NCBI GenBank assembly: GCA_965261595.1
Contig: CBDHDG010000002.1
Location: 96,001-160,000 of the forward strand
Direction: 5' to 3'
Length of the DNA: 64,000 bases
From: a bacterium
GTDB taxonomy: Bacteria > UBA8248 > JACPRG01 > G963555815
Below are positions 1 through 9,730 of this stretch, one piece after another. Made by a program: the position numbers and the translations under genes. Under the pieces are notes generated by a model that worked only from the letters and a program-made list of their open reading frames with translations, was not told the DNA's origin and ran no database searches. Every line of letters starts with the position of its first letter. Within the stretch, counting starts at the first letter, position 1.

Positions 1-1422
1 ATCGCCGACCCGCATGAGATTGCCAACGTTCTCGGCTTGGAAGGCGTCCGTTTTCTCCTGGAATCGAGCCGCCACTGCCCGCTCGACGTCTTCCTCATGG
101 CGCCCTCGTGCGTCCCGGCCTCCCCGCTAGAGACGGCCGGGGCGGTGCTGGAGGCCGAGGACCTCTTCCCCCTCCTGGCGGACAGCCGGATCCTGGGTCT
201 CGGGGAGATGATGAACTTTCCGGGCGTGGTGAACGGGGACCCCGGCGTGATGGCGAAGCTCGCCGGAGGCGCGGCCCATATCGACGGCCACGCCCCGGGG
301 CTTTCGGGCCGGGCCCTTTGCGCCTACGTCGCCGCGGGTATCCAGTCCGACCACGAGTGCGTGACGGCGGAGGAGGCCAGGGAAAAGCTGGGGCTCGGGC
401 TTCACATCATGATCCGCGAGGGATCGACGGCCCGGAACCTGGAAGCCCTGCTGCCCGCCGTTCGGCTGGAGAACGCCGGCCGCTTCTCCCTGGTCACCGA
501 CGATGTGGACCCCGCGGACCTTTCATCGAAGGGACACCTGGATTACGTCGTGAACCGGGCGGTCCGCTTCGGTCTCGACCCCGTCCTCGCCCTTCAGATG
601 GTGACGATCAACTCCGCCCGGTGCTTTGGCCTGCGGGACCGGGGGGCCATCGCCCCCGGCCTTCGCGCGGATCTCGCTGTTTTCGAGGACCCGCGCGATA
701 TCCAGGTCCAACAGGTGTACAAGGAAGGGTCTCTCGTAGCCACCGGCGGGAGGATGGCCTTCTACGGCGACCACGCGCCCGCCGGACGCGTCCGGAACAC
801 CGTGAGCTTGCGGTGGGACCGTCTTGAGGATTTCTCCGTGCCGGCGGCCGGGAAGCGTTTGCGGGTGATCGGAGTCGTGCCGGGACAGATCGTAACGCGG
901 ACCCGGGTGATGGAGGCCCGCGTCGAAGCCGGCCTGGTCCTGTCGGATGTGGACCGGGACGTTCTCAAGGTCGCCATAGCCGAGCGGCACGGACGGATGG
1001 GCCACGTCGGATTCGGTTTCGTTCACGGATTCGGCCTGAAGCGGGGGGCCCTGGCCTCCTCCGTCGCCCATGACTCCCATAACGTGGTCGCGGCGGGCGT
1101 CGGCGACGAGGACCTGCGGGCGGGCTTCCGCGCCGTCGAGGAGATGCAGGGCGGGCTGGCCGCCGTCCTGGACGGCCGCCCGATCGCCCGGCTTCCCCTG
1201 CCCATTGCCGGGCTGATGAGCGATTCGCCCATCGAAGTCGTCACCGCGCAGCTTGAAACGCTCCACGCGGCGGCGAGAGATTTGGGCTGCGGGCTCGATT
1301 CACCCTTCATGACCCTGTCGTTTTTGGCCCTGGCCGTGATTCCCGAGCTGAAGATCACGGACCTGGGCCTGGTGGACGTGACAAAATTCGATTTCGTTCC
1401 GCTTTTCGAGGATGAAGACTGA
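1..1422 (+). CDS. ade: Adenine deaminase (5' truncated by window edge)
   Basis: Frame open from base 1: DPHEIANV, APSCVPA, GEMMNFPGV, DGHAP, SDHEC, IREGS, LVTDD, SVAHDSHN motifs. Confidence 0.93.
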   Translation: MADPHEIANVLGLEGVRFLLESSRHCPLDVFLMAPSCVPASPLETAGAVLEAEDLFPLLADSRILGLGEMMNFPGVVNGDPGVMAKLAGGAAHIDGHAPGLSGRALCAYVAAGIQSDHECVTAEEAREKLGLGLHIMIREGSTARNLEALLPAVRLENAGRFSLVTDDVDPADLSSKGHLDYVVNRAVRFGLDPVLALQMVTINSARCFGLRDRGAIAPGLRADLAVFEDPRDIQVQQVYKEGSLVATGGRMAFYGDHAPAGRVRNTVSLRWDRLEDFSVPAAGKRLRVIGVVPGQIVTRTRVMEARVEAGLVLSDVDRDVLKVAIAERHGRMGHVGFGFVHGFGLKRGALASSVAHDSHNVVAAGVGDEDLRAGFRAVEEMQGGLAAVLDGRPIARLPLPIAGLMSDSPIEVVTAQLETLHAAARDLGCGLDSPFMTLSFLALAVIPELKITDLGLVDVTKFDFVPLFEDED

Positions 1423-1473
1423 GGCCCGTCGCCCGGTTGACCCAACCCGCTGATTGAGAGAAGAGAATCCGTC

Positions 1474-2199
1474 ATGACCGATTCCTGCAAGATCAGATAC
1501 TACATTCCCGCCCACGACGAGGACGTCCTGCGGGAGGCCATCGAGTCCGACGCCGAGGTCATCATCATGGACCTGGAGCAGAACTGCCCGTCCGAGAAGA
1601 AGGACGCGGGCCGGGCGCTTGTCCAGCGGGCGTGCGCGGAGATGGATTTCAAAGGGTCGGCGAAATGGATCCGGGTCAACATCGTCGGGTCCGCCGAGCT
1701 GGACGAGGACCTGAAGAGTCTCGAACGCCTGCCGGACGGAATCGTCCTCGCCCAGGCCCGGAACGGCCAGGAGGTGATGACGCTGGCCGCGGCGCTGGTG
1801 GACGTCGAGCGGCGGGCCGGGGTCGGGCTGAACTCGATCCCCATCGTTCCGAACATCGAGTCGGCCGACGGGCTTCGGAACGCCTACGAGATCGCCTCGA
1901 CCAGCGCCCGTGTGTCGGAGCTCGGATTGGGCGGGGGCGACATGCTCAAAGACCTCGGAGGCATCCGGACGCCCAAGGGCGGGGAGCTTTTTCACGTACG
2001 CGCCCGCCTGGCGGTCGAGGCCACGGCCGCGGGGGTCCGGCTCATCGATACCGTCACGCCCGTAAACGCGAGCGACGAATACCTCGAGCGAGACACCCGG
2101 GAGGCTTTCAAGCTGGGTTTTCAGGGAAGGGGAACACTGACCACGCGCCACATCGCCCCCATCCGCCGGATCTGGGCGGAGATGACCCAGGGCGGCTGA
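1474..2199 (+). CDS. CitE/HpcH-HpaI family acyl-CoA lyase-like protein
   Basis: YIPA..D, IMDLE, WIRVN, NIESADG, GGGDM, GFQGR pattern of the citrate lyase beta family. Confidence 0.75.
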   Translation: MTDSCKIRYYIPAHDEDVLREAIESDAEVIIMDLEQNCPSEKKDAGRALVQRACAEMDFKGSAKWIRVNIVGSAELDEDLKSLERLPDGIVLAQARNGQEVMTLAAALVDVERRAGVGLNSIPIVPNIESADGLRNAYEIASTSARVSELGLGGGDMLKDLGGIRTPKGGELFHVRARLAVEATAAGVRLIDTVTPVNASDEYLERDTREAFKLGFQGRGTLTTRHIAPIRRIWAEMTQGG

Positions 2200-2247
2200 T
2201 CATCCGCGGCGGGGCTTTGGGCGTTTATGGATAGGAGAAGAATCAAT

Positions 2248-2300
2248 AAAAAAAGAGCCGGGAAGACCGGAGGCCGAGGCTCTCCCGTCTTCCAGGCTCT
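2248..2300 (-). terminator. Intrinsic terminator downstream of hup, possibly bidirectional
   Basis: Long imperfect stem AGAGCC-GGAAGAC-GGAG / CTCC-GTCTTCC-GGCTCT, with an A7 run on + that reads as a U-tract on -. Confidence 0.65.
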
Positions 2301-2381
2301 GTGTGAGACCGGATCCGCGCACAAGGCGGAAATTACATGACCGAATCCCGGACCCGTCCGAAGACCGGGTGGAAATAACCG

Positions 2382-2654
2382 TTAGCTGACCGCTTGTTTC
2401 AGCTTGCCGCCCGCTACAAATTTGGGGACCTTCTTTGCGGAAACGGAGATGGATTCACCCGTTCTCGGGTTTCTCGCCATACGGGCCTTCCGCTCCGCGA
2501 CCGTAAAGGTGCCGAATCCTGACAGGACCACCCGCTCGCCCCGCTTCAGGCCCCGGACGATCTCTTCCAGGACGCCGTCAATGGCGAGCTCCGCCTTGGT
2601 CTTCGGAATCTCGGCGCTTCTGGATACGGCATCGATGACATCGGCTTTATTCAT
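2382..2654 (-). CDS. hup: HU family DNA-binding protein
   Basis: 90 aa; MNKADVI, GFGTF, ARNPRTGE, KVPKF; GGAGGGAGGA RBS. Confidence 0.93.
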   Translation of the reverse strand: MNKADVIDAVSRSAEIPKTKAELAIDGVLEEIVRGLKRGERVVLSGFGTFTVAERKARMARNPRTGESISVSAKKVPKFVAGGKLKQAVS

Positions 2655-2755
2655 CCTCTTTTCCTCCCTCCCGGAGATTGAATCGCGCCCGTTATTCCAA
2701 TGATCAGGCCGATTCTCTTCCTGATTCGTTCACGACCCCTAAGGTGCGTTAAGTT

Positions 2756-2820
2756 CCCCTACATCTAGGGATATTCCACAGGCCAGCCACAATATGTGGT
2801 ATTTAATATCAACTTGTCAA
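2756..2820 (-). promoter_or_regulatory. sigma70-type promoter of hup with two tandem NrdR-box-like palindromes
   Basis: TTGACA (2820-2815), 18 nt spacer, CATATT (2796-2791); boxes CCCCTACATCTAGGGA (2756-2771) and CCACAATATGTGGTAT (2787-2802), 31 bp apart. Confidence 0.65.
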
Positions 2821-2974
2821 GATATTTCTTCTACGTTTTGTCGAGGGGCCGAAGCACTATTCTTTCGAGGGGGGAGGGGGGGGAGTGGAAGGGACTTCCA
2901 CAATCACGCGGGCGCCGGCGCTGCCGGCCGTTCGATGTGCGGCCCGGCCGGACCTTAATCCGGCGCGGGGCGGG

Positions 2975-3715
2975 TTAAGGATTTTTGGAGTCCGAAGGGA
3001 GGTCGGGGGCCGGAAGGCCCGAGTCTTCAGCCGTCGTGCTTTCCTGAATCAGCCGATCTGCTTCCCGCAGTCCCGCCTCGACCCGCGCGACGGCCATCTC
3101 AGTGGAGAAATGGCGGGAGGGCTTGGCGAATGCGCGCGGATAAGAGGTCCGGGCGATTTGTTCCGTGTTCTCTCCGGTTTGGCGCTTGTCCCAAATCTCC
3201 AGGTACCATTCATAAATGCGGAGGTCCTCGGGAGGTGCGGCGTCTTGATCGGGAAGAAAGTCCGGGTGTCGGTCGATTCTGCGCTGTGTCAGATCCTCGA
3301 GGACCGCGTCGAGGACGGGCAGGAGGTTGGCCCGGGGGGTTCGGAGGTCCACTTCGATGGTCACCCGGAATTGGCCGCCGTCCTCCCCGTTCCCTTCCAA
3401 GCCGTCCGGGTCGAGCACTTTCAGCCCGGGAAAACCCGAGACCTCCGGCCGGTCCCCGAAGGGATACACGATGGGCAGACGAATCCCGTCCGGGGTTTCC
3501 GACGGGTCGGGGAGCGCGCCGAGGAGATACTTCGCCATCAACCGAAAGGCCTCCCGCCGCACGGGTTGGGCTTCCTCGGAGCCGTGGCGGGAGATCAGGG
3601 CCCTGTAAGCGGCATGGTCCGCCTGGTACGCTTCGCTCCTCCGCAGAAATTCCCAGCGCAGATCGAGCAGCTCCCGAAGGAGGAGGAGGGATTCTCTTTT
3701 CATTGAGCGGGACAC
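2975..3715 (-). CDS. Putative transcriptional activator, DUF6499/DUF2285 (FseA-like) architecture
   Basis: N-terminal WEFLRRS..YQ motif; C-terminal YLEIWDKRQTGENTEQIAR...ARVEAGLREADRLI HTH-like segment. Confidence 0.5.
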   Translation of the reverse strand: MSRSMKRESLLLLRELLDLRWEFLRRSEAYQADHAAYRALISRHGSEEAQPVRREAFRLMAKYLLGALPDPSETPDGIRLPIVYPFGDRPEVSGFPGLKVLDPDGLEGNGEDGGQFRVTIEVDLRTPRANLLPVLDAVLEDLTQRRIDRHPDFLPDQDAAPPEDLRIYEWYLEIWDKRQTGENTEQIARTSYPRAFAKPSRHFSTEMAVARVEAGLREADRLIQESTTAEDSGLPAPDLPSDSKNP

Positions 3716-4139
3716 CGGTGTTCTCCCTTTTCACCCGATTGAGCCCGCCGCGCTCCGGCTGTTCCGCGCCTCCGTTCTTCCCGGGGGCGAGCCAGGACGC
3801 GGTTGGGGGAGAAAGGCATGGAATGTCCTTCCCCATTGTACCCCTATTTCTCACAACCGATATGATTTGCCACTTGGCGTCCCGAGCCCGCGTTATCCAT
3901 CCGCGACGGGCGGATCGGACGAGAGAAGGTTGCCGCGCCTTTCTATGGGAAGCGCGGGTCGCCCCGTGGGTGGGATTTTTTGGTTCTTGGAAAAGCAAAG
4001 GCGGATTGGGAAACGCCCAAGATACAAAATGGCCCGGGTCCCGCCACACGGAGAAGACTTTGTCTTCTTCAGTGCCTCAGCAGACGAGACCCAGGCCGGG
4101 GGTCTATACTCTTAAATCCCCGATTTAGAAGTTCAATTA

Positions 4140-4152
4140 AATCAAAACGTTA
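4140..4152 (+). promoter_or_regulatory. IHF binding-site consensus match
   Basis: AATCAA-AACG-TTA matches WATCAANNNNTTR inside an AT-rich tract. Confidence 0.4.
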
Positions 4153-4658
4153 AATCTGTCGTCCTTATAAAGAGGATGAGCTTTCTACGCCACCCATCCG
4201 GAACCACGTTAATGTATCAAATTTAAAGCGAGTTGGCTACAAACTTTTTAAAAAAACATTGCTTTCTCCATTCACCGAACCGGAAATCAGGGGGTCTCTC
4301 CCTTCCTCTTCCCGGGCTTTTCATCTTGAGGTTGGGGTGATCCCGGGGCAGGTTATGGATAAGAATGATCGGCGTAACCGGATTTCTCGGGGCGCTGGGA
4401 TGACAATCACACCGGGGGTCGCACGTCCTCCGATTCATCCCGCGGGCGTTGGATTCGTACGGCGAAGTGTCAGGAACGGGTATAAGTTATCCGGGGAGGG
4501 GATGGGAACAAGGAAAGCGTTTGATTCGGCTCCCGATAGCGGGTTGAACGGGCTTCGAGCGTGTTGTTCCGGCTTGGCCTGATCGCGGGGGCGCGAATCC
4601 GGATTCTTCGAGTTCGGACCGGCCCCGGTTTCTCGCGCCGGGAACCCAAGCGGCCAAG

Positions 4659-4674
4659 TGGCGCGATTTATGCA
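4659..4674 (+). promoter_or_regulatory. Candidate sigma54 -24/-12 promoter upstream of the amidase gene
   Basis: TGGCGCGATTTATGCA gives GG-N10-GC spacing; a TTGACA also lies at 4681-4686. Confidence 0.45.
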
Positions 4675-4751
4675 TTCAACTTGACATTTGAAAGAGTTGC
4701 GTGCTGAATATTGAAGCTTGACGAGAGGTTCACTCCCCTTTAGAATCCTAA

Positions 4752-6134
4752 ATGGGAGGAATGGTGAGGAAGACTTTGGTTGTGAACATGCGGAGGAGAT
4801 ATTTCGGGTTCGGCGCGGCGCTTGCGGCGGTGGTCTGCCTGCTGTCCGGCTCTCTTTCCTCTATCGCCGGGGCCGAATCGGCGTCGGTGATCGACATCCG
4901 GGTGTGGTCCAACCCTCAATCCGCGAGGGTTGTTGTCCATCTGGATGGCGCGGCGAAATTCGCCCATGACCGCCTGCGATCGCCCAGCCGCATCTTCGTG
5001 GATATTCAGGGAGTGACGTTGAATCTCCGGGATGTGGAGAAGATGCGGATACGTGGCGGCGGCGTGCTGAAGGGAGTCCGGATCGGGCGCCGCGCGCCTT
5101 TGACGCCGCGGATCGTCCTGGATCTGAAACAGTTTCAGTCCTACAAGGTTTTTTCTCTCACGGCCCCCGACCGGATTGTGATCGACATCAACGCCCGGCG
5201 CCGAAAGCGGCCGGTCCGAGGCGCCGGGGTCAGGACGACGACGGCCGTTCCCTCGCTGAAGCCATTGCCGGCCTCGTCCTTGTCCTCCGCCGCGACGCTG
5301 AAGCGAATACGGCCCGCCACGCCGAGACGGTCCGGCGGAATCCCTCGCCGTCTCTCGGGGGTTCCGGCCCGGGACGCTCCGCGGACATTGAAAAAGGAAG
5401 CCCCGGCCGGGCCGGAGGAGATGAGCCTGGCCGAGCGGTTCCGGCGGGGGCTGGGAAAGATCGTCATCGATCCGGGTCACGGGGGGAGGGACCCCGGGGC
5501 CATCGGCCATTCCGGTATTTACGAAAAGCACGTTGTTTTGGACATTGCCAAGCGGATGGCGCGGTCCCTTCGCGGAAAGCTGCGGGCCAAGGTGTTCTTG
5601 ACGCGCCGAGGGGATCGGTTTGTTTCCTTGAAGAGGCGAACGATCTTCGCGAACCGGAAAAAGGCCGACCTGTTCATCTCGGTTCACGCCAACTCCGCCC
5701 AGAACCGGCGGTTGGGCGGGATTGAGACTTATCTCCTCAGCGAGGCCACCGACGAACGGGCGAAGAAAGTGGCGGCCCGTGAAAACAACATTCCCGTAGA
5801 AGACCTGGATGACTTGCAGATTATCCTGGCCGACCTTCGGATGCGGGGGTTGAGTTACGGCTCCTTTCCCCTGGCGGAATCCATCCATCAAGCCATTCTC
5901 TCGAATCTATCCCGCCGATACAGAGGCATCCGAAACCTGGGCGTGAAGCGGGCGCCCTTTTACGTCCTCCTGGGCGCCGAGATGCCGAGTGTTCTGGTCG
6001 AGGTGGGATTCCTGACCAACCGCGCGGGCGAGCGGCGGCTGAGGTCGGGGAGGTATCGCCAGGCGCTGGCCGTCTCCATGGTCCGTGGAGTCCGGAAGTT
6101 CATCAGGCGCAAGCGCCTGGCCCAAGTCAACTAA
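4752..6134 (+). CDS. amiC: N-acetylmuramoyl-L-alanine amidase (AMIN + Amidase_3); start may be ATG 4788
   Basis: Signal peptide, AMIN-like domain, IDPGHGGRDPGAIG, FISVHAN, SVLVEVGF. Confidence 0.88.
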   Translation: MGGMVRKTLVVNMRRRYFGFGAALAAVVCLLSGSLSSIAGAESASVIDIRVWSNPQSARVVVHLDGAAKFAHDRLRSPSRIFVDIQGVTLNLRDVEKMRIRGGGVLKGVRIGRRAPLTPRIVLDLKQFQSYKVFSLTAPDRIVIDINARRRKRPVRGAGVRTTTAVPSLKPLPASSLSSAATLKRIRPATPRRSGGIPRRLSGVPARDAPRTLKKEAPAGPEEMSLAERFRRGLGKIVIDPGHGGRDPGAIGHSGIYEKHVVLDIAKRMARSLRGKLRAKVFLTRRGDRFVSLKRRTIFANRKKADLFISVHANSAQNRRLGGIETYLLSEATDERAKKVAARENNIPVEDLDDLQIILADLRMRGLSYGSFPLAESIHQAILSNLSRRYRGIRNLGVKRAPFYVLLGAEMPSVLVEVGFLTNRAGERRLRSGRYRQALAVSMVRGVRKFIRRKRLAQVN

Positions 6135-6158
6135 TCCCTCGCAGCGGACAGTCAGCCC

Positions 6159-7520
6159 GTGAGTTCTCCCCCCTTGGTCGCCATCGTCGGCCGGCCCAAT
6201 GTGGGCAAGTCCACCCTGTTCAATCGAATCATCGGACGCCGCGCGGCCATTGTAGAGCCGACGCCCGGTGTCACCCGGGACCGGAATTTCGCTGACGCCT
6301 CGTGGAACGGACGCGATTTCACCCTCGTGGACACCGGCGGCATCGGCGGCGTCCGGGAGGAAGATCCCCTCGACGAGGCGATCCGGGAACAGACCGAGCT
6401 GGCGGTCTCCGCCGCGGATGTGATTCTGATGGTCCTCGATGGGCGGGAGAGCCTGACGCCCGGGGATGAGGAAGTCATCGGGGAACTGCGCATCTCCGGC
6501 CTGCCGGTCGTCGTTGCCGTCAACAAGATGGACAGCCCCAAGCAGGAAGCGGGCGCGGCCGAGTTCTACCGGTTGGGCGTCGAGCGTTTCCGCCTGATCT
6601 CGGCCGAGCATGGCCGCGGGGTGGGCGACCTGCTCGATGAGATCGTCACCCTGCTGCCGGAGAGCGGGGAGACGGAAGAAACGGGCGGCCGGGTGGCGGT
6701 CGCCATCGTCGGACGGCCCAACGTCGGAAAATCCTCTCTGGTGAACCGGCTGCTGCGGCAGGATCGGCAGGTCGTGAGCGAGCTGCCCGGCACGACCCGC
6801 GACGCAATCGACACCCCGGTCCGGATTGACGGCCGGGAATATCTTCTCATCGACACGGCGGGGATGCGGCGAAGGGGGAAAGTCGATACGCGGCTTGAAC
6901 ACCTGAGCGTGCGTTTTGCGTTGAAGGGTCTCGACCGGGCGGATGTCGCGGTTGTCCTGATTGACGGTGAAGAAGGGGTGACGGCGCAGGATGCCCACAT
7001 CGCCGGCGACGTTGTCGAGGCGGGCGTTGCCTGTGTGTTGGCGGTCAACAAGTGGGACGCTGTTCCCGCCGGGCGGAAGGACGTGGATCGCGCGACCCGG
7101 GAGTTGAGGGAGCGCATGAAGCACGTCACGTTTTCACCCGTGGTGACCATCTCGGCCCTGACCGGGACCCGCGTGCGGAAGATCTTCGACCTGGTGGATC
7201 GCGTAGCGGCCGAGCGAGGGAAAAGGGTGGAAACGGCGGATCTGAACCGCTTCGTCGAAGAGGCGACGAGGCGAACGCCTCCTCCGCCGGTTCGGGGCCG
7301 GGACGTCAAAATCTATTACGTCACGCAGTCGTCGATTCATCCGCCGACATTCGTTTTTTTCGTGAACCGGCCGGCCGCCTTCCACTTCTCCTACCAGCGG
7401 TTTTTGGTGAATCAGCTCAGGAGGCGCTATGGGTTCGAGGGGACGCCGTTGCGGCTATATTTTCGCCATCGATCGGGTCGAAACACCTATTCGGCCAACG
7501 CTACATCCTTCAAGCGGTAA
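6159..7520 (+). CDS. der: Ribosome biogenesis GTPase Der (EngA)
   Basis: Two GRPNVGKS P-loops, DTGG/DTAG, NKMD/NKWD, C-terminal KH-like domain. Confidence 0.97.
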   Translation: MSSPPLVAIVGRPNVGKSTLFNRIIGRRAAIVEPTPGVTRDRNFADASWNGRDFTLVDTGGIGGVREEDPLDEAIREQTELAVSAADVILMVLDGRESLTPGDEEVIGELRISGLPVVVAVNKMDSPKQEAGAAEFYRLGVERFRLISAEHGRGVGDLLDEIVTLLPESGETEETGGRVAVAIVGRPNVGKSSLVNRLLRQDRQVVSELPGTTRDAIDTPVRIDGREYLLIDTAGMRRRGKVDTRLEHLSVRFALKGLDRADVAVVLIDGEEGVTAQDAHIAGDVVEAGVACVLAVNKWDAVPAGRKDVDRATRELRERMKHVTFSPVVTISALTGTRVRKIFDLVDRVAAERGKRVETADLNRFVEEATRRTPPPPVRGRDVKIYYVTQSSIHPPTFVFFVNRPAAFHFSYQRFLVNQLRRRYGFEGTPLRLYFRHRSGRNTYSANATSFKR

Positions 7521-7551
7521 TTGAAGAATGGGTAAGCATCTCGTTGACTCC

Positions 7552-7580
7552 TTGACATTTCTACGTCGATCGCTTAACAT
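7552..7580 (+). promoter_or_regulatory. sigma70 promoter upstream of the EF-G paralogue
   Basis: TTGACA (7552-7557), 17 nt spacer, TAACAT (7575-7580). Confidence 0.6.
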
Positions 7581-7638
7581 AAATTCAAAATGCACAGGAC
7601 CGAAAATTGCCATGCACCTCATGGAGGCCCGCTAGCGT

Positions 7639-9726
7639 ATGAAGAACTATGGCATCGATCTCCTTCGCAACGTCGGCCTGATCGGCCACGGGGGGGTTGG
7701 AAAGACATCGCTTGCGGAGGCCATGCTTTTTGTTGCCGGGGCGACGAAGCGGTTGGGACAGGTGGATAACGGGTCGTCGATATTCGATTACGAGGCCGAG
7801 GAAATCAAGAGACAGGTCAGCATCAGTGCGATGCTTGGGTTTTGCGAGTGGAACAAATTTAAAATCAACATCATAGACACCCCGGGGTATTCCAACTTCG
7901 CGGCCGACGCCAAGGGTTGCATGGGTGTCATGGACGGGGCCGTGGTTGTGATCAATGCGGAAGAAGGCGTTCAGACCCAAACGGAGAAAGTCTGGGGGTG
8001 GGCGGAGGAGTCCGAGGTCAGACGGCTGGTCTTTTTCAACGGAATGAATCGGGAGCGGGCGGATTTCACGGCGGCGCTTGCCGGCACGGGGGATTTGCTG
8101 ACGCCCAAGCCCGTGGCCGTGCAGCTCCCGATCGGGTCGGGAGACGGGTTTCGCGGGGTGGTCGATGTCATCCGGGAGACGGCGCACCTGTTCGCCGCGG
8201 ACGGCAGCGGAAAGATGGAGAAGTCCGAGATCCCCGAAGACCTCGCGGACGCTGTTTCCGAGGCCCGCGAGCTGCTCATGGAGGCCGCGGCCGAAGGGGA
8301 GGACGAGCTCCTTGAGAAGTACCTGGAAAGCGGAGCGCTGAGCACCGAGGAGATTGTGGCGGGTCTTACCGCGGGGGTTCGGGAAGGCCGGGTGGTTCCC
8401 GCCCTTTGCGGCGCGGCCGACAAGCTGATCGGCATCCAGCCCCTCCTCGCCGCCGTCGTCGAGATGCTCCCCTCGCCGCTCGACCGGCCGGCCATGGGCG
8501 CGAAGGACCAGGACAGCGGAGAGGCCGTTGCCGTTGAGGCCGATGAGAAGGGCCCGCTCCTCGCACAGGTCTTCAAGACCGTGTCGGACCCCTATGCGGG
8601 GAGACTGACTTTCTTCCGCGTGTTCTCGGGAACACTGAGCTCGGATTCCAACGTCATGAACGGGTCACAGGATGAGCGGGAGCGCATCGGGCAGCTTTAC
8701 TGCGTCCAGGGGAAAGAACAGATTTCGGTGGAATCCTTGTCCGCGGGGGATCTGGGCGCGGTCGCCAAGCTCAAGGCGACCAAAACGGGGGACACCCTTC
8801 GCGAGGAGAAATCCACCGTTTTGTTCAACCCCATTGATTTTCCGAAACCCGCCATCTCCTTCGCCGTGGTTCCCAAGGCCAAGGGGGATGAAGAAAAGGT
8901 CAGCACCTCCATTCAACGCCTCATGGAGGAGGATCCGACCCTGAAGCTCTCCCGGGATCCGCAGACCAAAGAGATGATCCTGTCGGGCATCGGCGACCTG
9001 CACCTGGAAGTCGCCATGGAGAAGATGAAACGGAAATTCGGCGTGGAGGTCGAGTTTCACACCCCCCGGGTGCCCTACCTGGAGACGATCCGCCGCTCGG
9101 CCCAGGCCCAGGGAAAATACAAAAAACAGACAGGGGGGCGCGGACAGTACGGGGACACCTGGATCGAGATCACCCCGATGACTCGGGGGGGGGGGGTCGA
9201 ATTCATCAACAAGATCGTCGGCGGGGCCATTCCCAAGCAGTACATCCCGGCCGTGGAAAAGGGAATCGTCGAGTCGATGGAGACCGGCCCGGTGGCGGGA
9301 TATCCCGTGACGGACATACAGGTGAGGTTGTACGACGGAAGCTTCCACAACGTGGATTCCTCGGAAATGGCCTTCAAGATAGCGGGTTCCATGGGGTTCA
9401 AAAAGGCTTTTATGGAAGCGAGGCCGGTCTTGCTCGAACCCCATACGAATATGGAAATCTCCGTGCCGGGGGACATGGTCGGGGATGTCATCGGAGACCT
9501 GAATTCCCGCAGGGGAAAAGTGTTGGGCATGAAACCCATGGGCGCCGTCCAGGTGGTTCAGGCCCAGGCGCCCCTGGCCGAGGTCTTGACGTATGCCATC
9601 TCTTTACGGGCCCTCACGGCCGACCGCGGCAGCTTTACGATGGAGTTCTCCCATTACGAAGAGGTGCCGGCCCTGATGGCCGAGAAGGTGATCGCCGAAT
9701 CCGGGGTCGGTGTAAAGGAAGCATGA
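7639..9726 (+). CDS. fusA: Elongation factor G paralogue (EF-G2 type)
   Basis: 695 aa; GHGGVGKT, DTPGY, KKQTGGRGQYG, HNVDSSEMAF; not in a str operon. Confidence 0.9.
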   Translation: MKNYGIDLLRNVGLIGHGGVGKTSLAEAMLFVAGATKRLGQVDNGSSIFDYEAEEIKRQVSISAMLGFCEWNKFKINIIDTPGYSNFAADAKGCMGVMDGAVVVINAEEGVQTQTEKVWGWAEESEVRRLVFFNGMNRERADFTAALAGTGDLLTPKPVAVQLPIGSGDGFRGVVDVIRETAHLFAADGSGKMEKSEIPEDLADAVSEARELLMEAAAEGEDELLEKYLESGALSTEEIVAGLTAGVREGRVVPALCGAADKLIGIQPLLAAVVEMLPSPLDRPAMGAKDQDSGEAVAVEADEKGPLLAQVFKTVSDPYAGRLTFFRVFSGTLSSDSNVMNGSQDERERIGQLYCVQGKEQISVESLSAGDLGAVAKLKATKTGDTLREEKSTVLFNPIDFPKPAISFAVVPKAKGDEEKVSTSIQRLMEEDPTLKLSRDPQTKEMILSGIGDLHLEVAMEKMKRKFGVEVEFHTPRVPYLETIRRSAQAQGKYKKQTGGRGQYGDTWIEITPMTRGGGVEFINKIVGGAIPKQYIPAVEKGIVESMETGPVAGYPVTDIQVRLYDGSFHNVDSSEMAFKIAGSMGFKKAFMEARPVLLEPHTNMEISVPGDMVGDVIGDLNSRRGKVLGMKPMGAVQVVQAQAPLAEVLTYAISLRALTADRGSFTMEFSHYEEVPALMAEKVIAESGVGVKEA

Positions 9727-9730
9727 GTTC

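Noticed and set aside
3716..4751. Replication origin
   Set aside because: Only scattered, mismatched DnaA-box-like words and no dnaA/dnaN/gidA context.
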